Shown: positions 26,710 to 42,061 of the stretch, piece by piece
Position numbering within the stretch: the first letter of the stretch is position 1
Layout: each line of letters starts with the position of its first letter
NCBI RefSeq assembly: GCF_001194135.2
Contig: NC_068983.1
Span: 11,050,608-11,114,607, forward strand
Direction of reading: 5' to 3'
Source of the DNA: Octopus bimaculoides
Taxonomy: Eukaryota
DNA length: 64,000 nucleotides
The notes under the pieces: generated by a model
Database searches by the model: none
The model's input: only the letters and a program-made list of their open reading frames with translations
Told to the model about the DNA's origin: nothing
Program-made: the position numbers and the translations under genes

Positions 26710-27242
26710 TTAACCCATTTGATACCAACCCGGCCGAAACCACCTCTAGCTCTGTAGTACAAATGTCTTGTTTTCATAAGTATCAAATTAAAATCTTCCA
26801 CCAAACTTTAGTCACAATTTATGTTCCTAACACTAGCTTTATGATAATTAAGTTATTTTACTAAATTCCTTGTTATATTTAAAATTAATTGAAAGAAACA
26901 CAGAGCATCTTTTAAAGCCTAGCCAGGCTCATGGGCCCAGTTTCCCAGTTTCTATGGCATATGTGTTGCTCCCTCTAGCTGGACGGGACGCCAGTCCATC
27001 GCAGCTTTACCCAAATAACAGGAAGAAAGAGTGAGAGAAAGTTGGAGCGAAAGAGTACAACAGGGGTCGCCACCACCCCCTGCCGGAGCCTCGTGGAGCT
27101 TTAGGTGTCTTCGGTCAATAAACACTCACAACACCCAATCTGGGAATCGAAACTGCGATCCTCCGACTGCAAGTCCACTGCCCTAACCACTGGGCCATTG
27201 CGCCTCCACATCTCAAAATAAATACAGTAACGAAAGGGTTAA
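26710..27242. mobile_element. piggyBac-like MITE (family G) with a nested family B SINE (26911-27208, minus strand)
   Basis: TTAA TSDs and CCC-starting TIRs. The internal SINE is flanked by a CATCT direct repeat. Confidence 0.7.
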
Positions 27243-29030
27243 TGTTCCTTTTTTTTTATGTTTGAGTACTTCTGGTTCAAATTACTTTCATCATCATCAT
27301 CATCATCTTTCACAGAGTGGTTCTATATATAATGTAGAGTGTACTGGCAATTTCGATTTCTACCAGGACTTTGTCAGTTTACAATTTCTTCTGAGCCTTG
27401 GTTGTAAGTCTAAGCATCTGCAAATTAATAGATGACTTGCAGAAGGTCAACCTCAATGACAAGGTAGAACATATAAGATCAGTAGCTCACATACACACAC
27501 CTATCAAGGATACAGTTATACTTTACCACCTTGCTGTTTTTACTACTAAAAGGGTTATGCTGGGCCATTGAAAGTTCAGTATAGAAGGGTATTTGCTTTG
27601 GGAAAGTCATGAGCTCAATATTGTAAGTTATTTGCCAGTTACACAATGTCTGTGCTATTTACAGTAGAGAACTAATACGTTTAGTAATATTTTACTGTTA
27701 GGTGGACTGTGCAGCACCTGAGACAGGATACAAGTTAGGCTGGCACCCTAACCAAGTCACCCAGCTGCTTGTACAGAGTAAGGTTTACCATGAAAATTAG
27801 TGATGAGTCATGCAGCTCTATTTCTTAGTGCAGCAAACTTTATTCTTCCTTTTCTTGTATGAAGAAAAAATGCCAGAAAATCAACTGAAATGTTACTTTA
27901 GACTGTTTACTTTAAACACTAACACTGAAGTAATTGTTTTCCCCTCTCCATCAATAGCATCTCCTTCTATAAGTCAACTACAGCTGTTTATCCTACAAGA
28001 AATAGCAGCCACAGATCACATCCTCCAATTTAAAAAAAAAAAAAGAGCAATATTAAATAATGCAGCCCTTGAATACATGAGTGAAAGATGAAACGGTTAC
28101 GGCTTGAATGTCTTCAATTTTAGGAGCTAAACTATATTTCCAGCTATTCGTCTTCCTAATTCTTTTACTTTCACTTTTTGACATCCACCCTGCAGTTATT
28201 GCTCAAACAAGGTAGAGAGCCCTTAATAACTAGCACATCCCCACTTCTTTTTCCTGACTTTCTCCACCTTACTTGCTAGTTTTATTGGAACAAAATCTGT
28301 ACAACACAAGGTTTAAGCGTTTAGCATTCAGATTATTTCTGCCAAATGTAATACTTTTTCATTCAAATTCTTTTTAATTAATCGTGCATTATTTTGTAGC
28401 TTCAAAATTTTGATGATGTGATTATATATTTTATAATGGCATTGAAGAATAGGTGTGATAGGGTGGATCTGGCTGGTTAAAGCATAAAATAAGTAGCATA
28501 TTTGAGCCGGATATGGCTGGTTCAAATGCTAAAAGGTTAATAACAAACAATTTCAATTGTTTTCAGGCCACAAATTTATGTAGTGAGTTGAAATACCAGT
28601 AACTACATCTGAATGCGAGAAGAGACTGACACTGTCGGCCAAGTTCTGCTTTGGAATCTCACAATTCATGCAGCATTTTTTTTCTTTTTGTTATTTTTGG
28701 TGCAGACTTTTAGTTTATTTTAAATAATTCTTTTTAATCACCCTCATCTTTCTAGTAGACATTTGATAGCCATTAATGACACTTGTTTTACAAAACACTC
28801 CAAATATGTCTATATATTTAGATAACATCTTGAAATTGGATAATAAATAAATAAGGAAAAAACCCAGACCACTTACATACAATAAATGTTACTGCTTTAA
28901 AATTGTTTTCGTTTGTTTGTGTGTGTAAGTGTGTGTAGGAGGTAGCTGCAGATTTAGAAGTTTTGAGGCTTTAGACACATGTGTGATTGATTGCATGCTA
29001 CATGACTAATATTATGTGTGTATGTGTGTG

Positions 29031-29076
<46 letters not shown>

Positions 29077-30814
29077 ATGGTTTCAGTCATTGGATTGTAG
29101 CCATGCTAAGGTGGTGCTTTCAAGGGTTTTAATTGATATTTGATGAACCATTAAGTAATAGGCTATAAAAAGACACATCATAAAAATGTGGTTCTTTTTC
29201 TTTCATTTTTGAGACTGCTGCTTAAACTCATAAAAGCTTGTTATGTGTCTGTTCACAATCAACCCTGCATAAACCTTCATTGTTATTTGTAATTTGTCTT
29301 TTTAATGTCCCCTCACTTGGCATCCTTATGGCAAATAAAAGAATTATTATTGTTATTATTATTATTATCATAATGTTATTTGGCTTTGTAGAACTGTTAG
29401 AATGTCAGCTAAAATACCTTATGGTTTCTATTGTGTATTAGTCAAACACCACTCTGACTAATACATAATATAAAATCCCTCATCTCAGAAATATAGAAAT
29501 GGTTTGTGGTTTTTGTTTAGGCTTTTTATGATTTGAGTTCAAATCCTTCCATGGTTGATAAAATAAAGCACCAGTTAAATACAAGGGTGAATTTAATCAT
29601 CTCTCTCCACATTGCTGGCATTGCACTTAAATTAGAAATTTCTACTACTATTACTATTATTAGTAAACTCAATAGACTTATGTCATTTACTTTTTATGAA
29701 GCATACACCATTGATGACTTTTCTTCACTGTTCTCAACTCTAAGTTGTCTTTTCTGCTTGTTTCCAGTTGGATGTTTCCTTCTTCAGCTCTTCCTGTTTT
29801 GTTGCACCGTGCCAAATGTTTCCCTAAAGAAAAGGCCTTCTCCTAGGTCTTGTTGGTTTTGAGTTGTTGTTGATGCTTCTGCATCTTTTCCTATCCTAGG
29901 TAGGGTAGTTGGCCCTATGCAAACCCATTTTTACCATTAAGAAGAGGTGGTTCATATTAGTCTGGCCTCTATCCTTTGAACTGTTCAGCATGGAAGGCCT
30001 TAAGCTTATGCTCTCAATGTTGTTAAGGCACACAAGCCACCATACTTCAACAAGGATTACACCTTCTAGTGGAAACTCAGCAGAGCATTGGGCAGAATGC
30101 CACGTGGTGTTTAGTTGTGATTCCAAATAATCAGCCAATTTTCATTTTAATCCTTTCTGATGCTCTTAATACCTCATTGTTATTTCTTTAAACAAAGTAT
30201 GAAGAGGTGGTAAATAAAACTCGTTATTATATTTTTACTTCCAAATCACTAGCAGCTGATTATTTATTTAAAAAATCATTCTTTGAACCACCAGCCATGG
30301 AGGTATGACAGTTGAAAGCAGCTGCTAGCTGGTAGACCCGTGACAATGAAGGAGTTGGCTAAAGTCTTGTGAACCAAACACATTGACATACATTCTTATT
30401 AATAAAATGGTTTTGAAATCACAAAAGAATAATTCTGCTCTGTGTCTCTTATATGAAGTATTCCCATATTAACATGTGGGTAAAATGGTTGGCTGCATGC
30501 CTTCTGATGATTGCAAGGATTTTCAGAGTAAATTCATCACAGCTAGAGGTTCTTATTGCCCACCATTCAATTAAAAAATATAGTTGTTCGACTTTGAATT
30601 AAAAATTACTATACCATTTGCATCAATAATGACTCTGGTAAAATGCATAAAATGTCTCTACAGTGTCTCGCTTTCTTTCTCCCATCTATTTCTGATTTAA
30701 GTTTGAATGAGTTTCTTACAGTAGACATTAGAAATCAATGTGATATGAAAGAGATTAAAAACAACATTTGCAGTAATAAAATGTTGTCTTGAGAGAGTCG
30801 TCAATGCCAGTAAT

Positions 30815-30860
<46 letters not shown>

Positions 30861-31289
30861 GTTCTATTTACCTCTTTTATTATTCATCAACTAGTTAATC
30901 GTTTAACCAATTAGCTAATTGATTGCTTGATGAATCACTTAGTCAATCAATAAGCTTGGTTTGTCAGAATCCTTTTGTCACAATTTGCAACCTCATCAAT
31001 GATCTACCTTCTCTACTTCAGGTCTCCTTTGGGTCTCCTGAATGATTAATTAAATAATTGATCAGTTAGTTGGTTAAATGATTAGGTAGTTAACTAATAA
31101 TAACAAAAGCGGTGAAATAGAACTCGTGCATGTGTTCATTGTTGGCATTGTCACTCTCCAGAGATACAACAATATCTATTTCAACAGACAAGTCCACTTG
31201 CAAACTGAGTACAAAAATGTAATAATAAAATGTTGTTTTTAAACTGTATTTAGATATATCCTTGCTTGCGAAGACCTGTTGAGGCAAAT

Positions 31290-31855
31290 GAAATCGAAAT
31301 CAAAAACTGAACCAAATCTGTTGACTGGCATCCATGCCAACTTTCCTTCATTGGACACTAAATTCAGCTTGTGAAGACCTGTTGGGGCAAGTGAGATCGA
31401 AACTGAACCGAATTCGATGACTGGCACCCGTGACAGTGGAGTGCTAACAGCACCAACCGAGCAGGATCACTGCCAGAGCAGCGGTCTCACTTCCATACCG
31501 GTGGCACGTAAAAAGCACCATTTGAGCGCGATCGTTTCCAGCTTCGCCTTACTGGCACTCGTGCCAGTGGCATGTGAACAAAACATTGGACTGACTCTTG
31601 TGCAAGTGGCATGTAAAAAACACCATTTAAGCGTAGCCGTTGCCAGTACTGCCGGATTGACCCTCGTGCCAGTGGCACGTAAACAGCACCCACTACACTC
31701 TCGGAGTGGTTGACGTTAGGAAGGGCATCCAGCTGTAGAAAGAAACTCTGCCAAATCAGATTGGAGTCTGGTGTAGCCATCGGGTTTGCCAGTCCTCAGT
31801 CAAATCATCCAACCCATGCCAGCATGGGAAACGAACAATAAATGATGATGATGAA
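31290..31855 (+). mobile_element. Longer family D (RTE-type 3' UTR) copy with internal ~60-bp tandem units
   Basis: Repeated GTGCCAGTGGCACGTAAAAAGCACCATTTGAGCG units followed by the shared tail and (GAT)n. Confidence 0.75.
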
Positions 31856-33669
31856 AAAGCCCAAGTTGAGATTATTGTATACTTTGAAATTTTCAGTAGC
31901 CAGATGGAAGTAGATGGCAGAATAAAAAAAAAAATGAAAGCTCGTTAGGTTTTATAGAATTTTAAAAACTGACTGAACAGAAGAGAGCTGTCATTGTCAG
32001 CCAACCAAATCTTTCATTGATCTATTTCCATTATTGGATTGTGGGAATGCTGGGGGAGCTGCCTTCAAGGGTTTTTCCAGTTAATCATAGCAAATCCCTG
32101 TATTGCTTATTTCAGTCTGGGGCATGTTTTATTAATTTCTGTATATCAAATGGTTGATATTTCTGGGGGGGTGATGATTTGTGGCTACTTTAAGCAACTG
32201 ATATGTAGATGTCCGTACATTATTGTATGTATGCAAAAGGGTGGAATACTGCGTTAATCACCCCCATATAACCACTCATTTGGAGGGAATTTTCAGAAAT
32301 TGCAAATATGTTTTACACACAGGAACTCATACAATTATGCAAAAACAAAGAAAAACAAAAAAAATTATTTCTGATTTAAGGGCTATTTAGTTGTTGTTTC
32401 TTTGTCACTCTGATGTATTGATGTTTTCCAATATCCTTACATAAGCACATTTAATGGTCCTTATTTTAAACTTGTTTTCTAAAAAAAATTTGAAAAATTA
32501 GAAGAAAAAAATTTTTTTTTTTTTCATAACCATATGAATTTCTGTATGTAGAACCCAAATACACAAATGTTTTCTGAAAATTCCCCCCCCCCCCAAAAAA
32601 GTTATGAGGGGTTATATAGGATGCTTAAAACAGAATTCCACCAGCAAAAGAATTAGGTTGTTTTTTTTTTTGTTTTTTCCAATAAGGTAAAACATTAACA
32701 CAAACATGATTAATAAATAACCTTGCGTTTAACCAAGAAACATTGTGCTACAAACATCATATAATATTAAGATTCAATGATAATATAACTTTTTTTTTTT
32801 TTACCTCTCAGAAGAAAGTCTTATCTTTAACAGTAACAGTTATGGATAAATATAAGCAAAGCTACAAATTGTCCTTTCCAACATCCTCATCTTTGTTATC
32901 ATTAGCAGTTTAATGGGAGGCTTTTCCCCTACTGACATGGATTAGATAGATTTAAAATACAGCATCACTCTGCATATCTGGGTCTCGTGTTATCTCATCT
33001 ATGAGTGTGTGTATAGAAAGGATACCAACATGGCCAAATGGAGGAGAAGTTTGTTTTTCAACCACATGGTTTTGGATTCAGTCCCAACTGCACAACACCT
33101 TGAGCAAATGTCTTCTATAGCCGAGTCTCATTCTTGGATTTGATAGAAAGGAACTAAAAGAAGACCATTGTGTGTGTGTGTAACTTCAGGTTCAGTTCCA
33201 CTGTATGGCACCATGGACAAGTGTCTGATACTATGGCACCAGGCCAACCAGAGCATTATGAGAGGATTTGGTTAGTGGAAACTTAAAGAAGCCCATCGCC
33301 TGTGTGCAAGTGTCTCCTTATCTTGGCATTGCATAATAGTGTTAAACAAGGTTCTTCACTAATACAAGCAGTTTCGTTTATTTCCAATCATTTGCAAAAA
33401 CATGTCCAGCCATGGGAAAGTATTACCTCACTTGGAAACAGGTGAGAGTTGGTGACAGGAAGGGCATCCAGCCATAGAAAATCTGCCTTAATGGATCCTG
33501 TCTGAACTATGCAAGCATTGCAGAACAGACATTAGAACCATGGAAAGTATAACAATTATGTGTGTGTGTGTGCCCGTCTATATCTATGTATGATTTATTC
33601 CCCAAAATATATTTATTTATATAAGGGCATTAGCGTGAGGCATTCAAGTATAGTAATGACCTTATATAA

Positions 33670-33710
<41 letters not shown>

Positions 33711-34644
33711 NNNNNNNNNNNNNNNNNNNNNNNNNNNNNNNNNNNNNNNNNNNNNNNNNNNNNNNNNNNNNNNNNNNNNNNNNNNNNNNNNNNNNNNNNN
33801 NNNNNNNNNNNNNNNNNNNNNNNNNNNNNNNNNNNNNNNNNNNNNNNNNNNNNNNNNNNNNNNNNNNNNNNNNNNNNNNNNNNNNNNNNNNNNNNNNNNN
33901 NNNNNNNNNNNNNNNNNNNNNNNNNNNNNNNNNNNNNNNNNNNNNNNNNNNNNNNNNNNNNNNNNNNNNNNNNNNNNNNNNNNNNNNNNNNNNNNNNNNN
34001 NNNNNNNNNNNNNNNNNNNNNNNNNNNNNNNNNNNNNNNNNNNNNNNNNNNNNNNNNNNNNNNNNNNNNNNNNNNNNNNNNNNNNNNNNNNNNNNNNNNN
34101 NNNNNNNNNNNNNNNNNNNTTTTATTTTTTGTCAGAGATAGCAATCTAGCACTACAGTTAGAAAGGAAAAAAAACAAAAACAAAAAGCAAAGAGAAAGAA
34201 AAAGTTCTGTCTACAGTTTTGCCATACAACTGACTCCTAGCTGAAATAACTGAAATCTTTCAACAGACATATCATTCCTCCTATGTTTCTTTGTTTCATT
34301 CCAACTCTGATTTATTTTTTTTTTATCTTTACATTGCATTTTTTTTTTTTTATCCCTGTACTTGTTTGTTTTATTTTTTTAGCTCTTACATAATTTCTTT
34401 TATTACCTATAAATTAGCACCTGATTTTTTTTCTTCTTCACCTTGTTTAGTTTGATAGGAACCTTTGTTTTTTAGTATCACCCACTTCTGTATCTATATG
34501 TTATTTATGTTTATACTACCTTTATACTACCATCTAATGCGTACTTTCATGATGCGTTGTGAGTACACCAGCATAAACACTGCTGGAAGATATGCATCAC
34601 ATCACCACGTGCTTCCATGCATATATATATATATATATATATTT

Positions 34645-34853
34645 CGAGCGTGGCCGTTTTCGTGCGGGTGACACGTAAAAGCACCCACTACACTCTGAGT
34701 GGTTGGCGTTAGGAAGGGCATCCAGCTGTAGAAACTCTGCCAAATTAGATTGGAGCCTGGTGTAGCCATCCGGTTGCACCAGTCCTCAGTCAAATCGTCC
34801 AACCCATGCTAGCATGGAAAGCGGACGTTAAACGATGATGATGATGATGATGA
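34645..34853 (+). mobile_element. Family D RTE-type tail
   Basis: Nearly identical to 3240-3450. Confidence 0.85.
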
Positions 34854-37514
34854 TATATATACCGGAGTAAGCACATGAAATGTGCAACAAGGTGGAAAAA
34901 AGAGTACTCAAATACCNNNNNNNNNNNNNNNNNNNNNNNNNNNNNNNNNNNNNNNNNNNNNNNNNNNNNNNNNNNNNNNNNNNNNNNNNNNNNNNNNNNN
35001 NNNNNNNNNNNNNNNNNNNNNNNNNNNNNNNNNNNNNNNNNNNNNNNNNNNNNNNNNNNNNNNNNNNNNNNNNNNNNNNNNNNNNNNNNNNNNNNNNNNN
35101 NNNNNNNNNNNNNNNNNNNNNNNNNNNNNNNNNNNNNNNNNNNNNNNNNNNNNNNNNNNNNNNNNNNNNNNNNNNNNNNNNNNNNNNNNNNNNNNNNNNN
35201 NNNNNNNNNNNNNNNNNNNNNNNNNNNNNNNNNNNNNNNNNNNNNNNNNNNNNNNNNNNNNNNNNNNNNNNNNNNNNNNNNNNNNNNNNNNNNNNNNNNN
35301 NNNNNNNNNNNNNNNNNNNNNNNNNNNNNNNNNNNNNNNNNNNNNNNNNNNNNNNNNNNNNNNNNNNNNNNNNNNNNNNNNNNNNNNNNNNNNNNNNNNN
35401 NNNNNNNNNNNNNNNNNNNNNNNNNNNNNNNNNNNNNNNNNNNNNNNNNNNNNNNNNNNNNNNNNNNNNNNNNNNNNNNNNNNNNNNNNNNNNNNNNNNN
35501 NNNNNNNNNNNNNNNNNNNNNNNNNNNNNNNNNNNNNNNNNNNNNNNNNNNNNNNNNNNNNNNNNNNNNNNNNNNNNNNNNNNNNNNNNNNNNNNNNNNN
35601 NNNNNNNNNNNNNNNNNNNNNNNNNNNNNNNNNNNNNNNNNNNNNNNNNNNNNNNNNNNNNNNNNNNNNNNNNNNNNNNNNNNNNNNNNNNNNNNNNNNN
35701 NNNNATATATATAGGCACAGGTATAGCTGTGTGTGATTAAGAAGCTAGCTTCCCAGCCATGTACACTTGGGTTCAGTCCTACTGCATACCACCTTCGGCA
35801 AATGTCTCTGATATAGCATCCTATATATGTTATGTGTATGTACTTTTGTCCAGACATCATGTGTTGATTGTAAATGAGCATCATCATCATCATACAAGCA
35901 AGATTGTTGTTTTAATCCCAGGTCAGCCTTAATGCAGTAGACCTATGGTGAAAAGTATTCCAGGCTTAGCTTCCCATTTTTCCCTATATGCAGGAAAATG
36001 TAGACTGCATTATTCCATGTCAGAGTCGGTTTCTCTTCTTTTAATATAGTAAAGTGTGATTTGAGAAAGAATTGGTTACTGTTTCTAACAGGTTGAGCAA
36101 CCACTAGCTACTCCACCATTAGTGTTTTCGAGCATTGTGCATCTAGGACAAATTTATCAAATGTCTGCTTTCTTTCTTATTTTTAAGAAAGTAGGGTATG
36201 ATCTTAGGCAGATTTGGGCCTGCTGTTTCTAGTGTGTCAATTCATTGCATAAATTTTTCTCCATTGGCTCAGATGAAAATAGTTAGAGATCATGTTCAGA
36301 GGAGTGAAGGCTATTTCATTTAATCTTAGTAGAGTAGTAAGAATGGTATGCAGTTCTATTGAAAATTAAGCAGGGGAATTGGTGAGGATTTTTGAGTGGC
36401 TTTCATTTCCAAAATTGTTTCCCTTAAATCAGACAGGAAGAATGAATGATTCCAGTAAAACAAATCATAGTGCTTGTCAGATACTGAGATTTTGTAACTG
36501 ACAATCGCTGTACCGATAAGGAGATGCTTGGCAATGTGACAGAAACTTGTGCTACAAGTGCTTACAATAATTTGGGTTGCTCTTGATTTTTTTTTTTTCT
36601 TTTTCGAGGATCTTATTAAGCTTCTGTTTTTTTTTCCACTTATGTATGCGTGTCTCTCTCTTTTTATATGTGTGTATGTATATATACATGCTTGTATGTG
36701 TGTATTTGTGTTTGTGTATCATGTTTTTCTCCCTCCTCACCATCAACTCCAGAGTAAAACTGATTGGCCTAAAGAGTACAAGAGAGCCCTCCTTGGAGTG
36801 ATGAAATTAACAGAAGCTGATTGTTTTAGATTAGTTTGTTTTTCTTTGAAATTTCTGCAGGTTTAGAACATCGGCGTTGGTTAAAATGAATGAAGTTTAT
36901 GATGTGCATGATTGCTTGTGTGTGTGTGTGTGTGTAGAAGGAAGATTTTGTTGTGGAAGAAACATCAGTTATCGGGGAGTTTTCCTTTATTTATTACTGT
37001 TGATGTTGTTTAGTCCCAGTTAGCCCTAGTTGAGCAGACATGTGATCAAAAGCAAGCAGAAGATCGGCAGTTTGGGTGTAGGTGGCAAGTCATTTACATC
37101 AACCCCAGTAATTGCTTGGTACTTTATTTTATTGACCCAGGAGGGATAGAAAGCAACTTTGCAAGGTTATTACTTTAAAGTAAGGCAGTGAGTTGGCAGA
37201 ATTCTTAATGTGTCAGAGAGAATTCTTAGCAACTTTCATTTTGACTTATTACATTCTGAGTTCAGATCCTACCATGCCTTGCTTTAAAATAACATTCTTA
37301 AATTGACATTGACCTATAGCTGTTGAAGCTAGACATCAGCCACATTAATCTCACTAGTAAGGGCGAGGCTCCAAAAATCATGGCCACTGTCTACTGCTGA
37401 TTAACTTAAAAGTAGCTACAAGCTTATATTACTGGAGGCAGGACCACTATCTTGGCTTTCCAACACTATTAATGGATAAATAGACTATGAGGTTGCCTTT
37501 ATTGTTGTTTAACT

Positions 37515-37728
37515 CTTCGGGTTTCTCTATCAAAATTAATGTTTATTTATTTACATTATTTTTGAATTAATCATGGACTATCTTTTGGCTTTGAGATTTC
37601 AGTGATGTGATTGTATATTTCTAAAATGACATTGTAGTGTAGATGTAGAGGCTTGGTCTGGTCAGTTTGAACACAAAATTAGTAGAATATTTGGCCGGAT
37701 ATGGCCAGTTTAAATGCTAAAGGGTTAA
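37515..37728 (-). mobile_element. piggyBac-like MITE (family F)
   Basis: Ends ...AATGCTAAAGGG-TTAA and is similar to 25640-25865. Confidence 0.6.
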
Positions 37729-39071
37729 TCCAAGTCAGTTCTCATCGAGTATGGCCTAGTTGTGACCATCACATACAGGGCATCTAAAACTGCATACAAA
37801 CCAGTATTTTCCACTTTTAAGGCAGTTGTGTGCGATTTGAGGGAGATTAAGTTATTACTTCTTGTAGGTTAAGTGTCCACACGAGGACTCTTTCATTGGC
37901 TTATGAAACATTGCATTTGTAATTAAATATGACAATTATTTTCCTACTTATCTCCCAGTTCACCTGGTTGCAAAATATCAAGATGTTCTATCTTACTGCC
38001 AGTCTAAAGTGTGATACAGGACCAATGAAAACAGGTTGAAAGACCCTCAGCCATCACTTGATTATAGCTGGACATGTCTTGCTTCATCTTGGATATCTGA
38101 TGTTCTACAATAACTGCAACTACTGACCAAATAACTAACTTCATGCTACATTGAGTGCATGAAGGTTCCCCCCCCCCTTTTTTTTTTGCTTTTGTTTTTT
38201 GCAATTTATCATGCAAAAAAGATAAACAAATATTTAAAAAATACCTTCCCCATCTTTCTTTCTCTTCTATTCTCTCAAAATAACTGTTTGCATATCTTTG
38301 CTCTTGTTATTTTATTTTTATTTTTTTTCTTTGTATCATTTTTTTTTACATAATAATAATAATAGCCATGTCATTTCTATTATGCTGCCATAAACGTCAT
38401 CTTCTTTGGCAAATATTTGGCAAGACTAAGCTATGATATGTATTTAGAAAGGTGGGTGTTGAATAATAATGATGATAATAATAATAACAACAACAACAAC
38501 AACAAGAGTGATAATAATGATGCTGATGGTGATGATGATTATGAGGTGATGATGATAATTATGATAAAATAGAAATTATAAATAAAACAAATCAGATATT
38601 TTTCTAGATGTTTATTATTGTTATTGTTTATTTTAATTTGCTTGTTGCTGTTATTATTATTATTATTATTATTATTGAGTGGAGGAGAACTGTTTATATT
38701 TTCCAGATGTCATCTGAGGGGACTAACAAAATGGGTGGGCGGCGTGGAATTTACCTTGCTCGTATTGTGATGATGATGATGATGATGATGACGATGCAGA
38801 GGAGGATGAGGATGTTAATGGTTATTTAGATGGGGCTATGCAAATTTACAAGCAGACACACGCATATGCATGCACACAGTATGCAGCCAGTGACGAGAAT
38901 GCGTTTGCACGGTGTGCTAAACTAGGCATAATATGCATTGCTGATAATCTAAGCTCCATCATGATGATGATGATGATGATGATGATGGTAATGTTTAGAA
39001 CCAAGAGCTAAGAAACTAAGAGAACTCTGAGAATGTTAGTTCTTTAAGGAGAAACATTTTATTCATACGCA

Positions 39072-39104
<33 letters not shown>

Positions 39105-39458
39105 GTATTGCTGCATTTCACTTAAAATTCTATCCCGAATATTTCTAACTTCATTTTTGTTTTTTTTCCTTTTTCCCTATCAGTTTTGTGGTGGCAGTTA
39201 TGATGGTTCTATGGTTAAACTCCAAGAAAGAGATTAAGATCTCATCAAGCTTACATCTCCAATGCCCCAGCATTAACTAATATGGAATAGCATAACACAC
39301 GCACACACACACACACACCTATATTCGTTCAGAGCTTCATAAATGTATTTTTGTGTATGTATTAATATTATATAAGAGAGGAAGGGTAATTACCTGTATA
39401 TTTTTAGGTTGAGAAAAACAAAAAAGAAAAAGAGTTACTTATTATCTGTATATAGACA

Positions 39459-40222
<764 letters not shown>

Positions 40223-41039
40223 AAAGATATACATGTAAAAAAATAATAATAATAATCCCTATGCCTAATGTAAATTTATCCTACTGAAATCCATCTCAAC
40301 ACCATTGAAAGTTTCGCATTTCCAATTTTCATTTTTCTCTCTTTACTGCTATTATTACCTTTCCACAGCAAATATTGACACATGAAAGAATGGTTTCTTT
40401 CTCCTTTCTTTGCTACTTTCTCTTCTATCATTGCCACCGTTGGTGTTAATGATACAACCACACAATTCCCACTCATGTGACCTTCACAAAATGGGTGACA
40501 CAAATTTAGTATAAAGTTTAATCTCAATTAACGAATATCCCCCACCCCATTTCTGTTCAGAGCTACCACGACAAGTCTTATTGATTATTGATTATCCAAA
40601 ATTGCGATAGTTGTCTGCTACTGACTGCCTCTCTGTGTGTGTATGTGTGTGTAATTATTTAATCCCAGGTTTCTATGCTAGCATAGGTTGGCTGGTTTGA
40701 CAGTCATTGGAGCTGTCAAATCATAAGACTGCTGAACTCAATTGTCTACTCTGGCAGTTTCTATGAATGGATGCTCTTCCTAATGCCAACTTGATATACT
40801 TAATGCTTTTATATATAGGTGCAGATATGGTTGTGGATTTAAGAAATTTGCTTCCCAGCCACATGGTTTCAGTTTTACCGCATGGTTTCTTTACTGAAAC
40901 TCCCAGTCCCTTGTAAGTAGATTTGGTGGACAGAAATTAGAAACCCATCAAGTGTGTGTGTGTGCATTTGTGATTTCATATTTCTTCATCCATATGTGTG
41001 CTTCATTCATCAGTTTGTAAATAATGGTGTAGCATCACT

Positions 41040-41782
41040 TTTTCTCCTGAAGGTTGTCTTGAATTTCTATTTTGCTGGCAATTCCTGATGTTTTGGATTC
41101 TGGTTCAAAGTGATGAACCCAGGTCTCATCTCCTGTGACTATTCTCTCCAAAAAAGCTTTGCCTTCATTATTGTAATGGTCAAATAAGCATTGACCGATC
41201 CCCACACGATTGCTCTTGTGCTCTTCTGTAAGCTCTCTTGGCAGCTATCCCCCACAACCTTTATGAAAGCAAAATTTGTCATGGATATCGTATGCAGAAC
41301 CATGTCTAATTTGCAGAGAACATGCCACCTCATTGATGGTTGCTTGTCGATTCTCCAGAATCATCTCTTGAGCTTGTTGAATCTTCAGGTCAGTGGTGGA
41401 GGTTGATGGGTGCCCTACGCCCTCTTCATGCTTCACACTTGTCCATCTATTTTAAAACTCTTCAATCCAGTCATACACATGTTTAGACAATCGAGTGCTG
41501 TCTCTACATTGTGCTGAAAGCCCACAACAAATTTCAGCCCCTGACACACCCTCAGACCAGAGAAATCAGATCACTGAACTCTGTTCTTCCTTGGTACACA
41601 CTGCCTGTGGAGCGGCCATGTTTATTCTGTAACACAAGAAAGAAAACTGGAGCGATCAATGTCAAGCCTCCATTATGTAACCACCAGAGTATCACCTTTT
41701 GGCACACAAGAACCAAAGGCAGTGCAGCCAGTCTAAAGAAAATTTTGGAAAAAGTGCAGATAATTTTTGACTTCCCTATGTA
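41040..41782 (-). mobile_element. mariner transposon 5' half (degenerate transposase plus TIR remnant)
   Basis: Minus strand from ATG at 41619: MAAPQAVCTKEEQ..FLWSEGVSGAEI...KHEEGVGHPSTSTTD...PRELTEEHK...ERIVTGDETWVHHFEPESK, with stops and frameshifts. TIR-like TACATAGGGAAGTCAAAAATTATC ends at 41782. Confidence 0.9.
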
Positions 41783-42061
41783 TGTAGGTGTGTGTACGAG
41801 ATGCACTATTTTCAGTTTCTGTCTACCAAATCCACTCACAAGGCTTTGGTCATCCCAAAGTCCCACATTGTAGGACTGAACCCAAAACCTATCGTTTGGG
41901 AAGCAAACTTCTTAACTATACAACCACATCTGTTCTTCCATGGAGACCTCAAACAGTAGCTCTATGTAGGCCCTTAATATATAAAATACATTCATATATC
42001 GGTCTTCATTTTTTTCCCCTCTTTCTTCTTATTGTAATTTGCCCACATTTACTCTTAGATT

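Noticed and set aside
34790-35893. Long ORFs spanning N runs (also 1644-2156, 2596-3378, 17077-17783, 33560-34183)
   Set aside because: Artefacts of untranslatable gaps.
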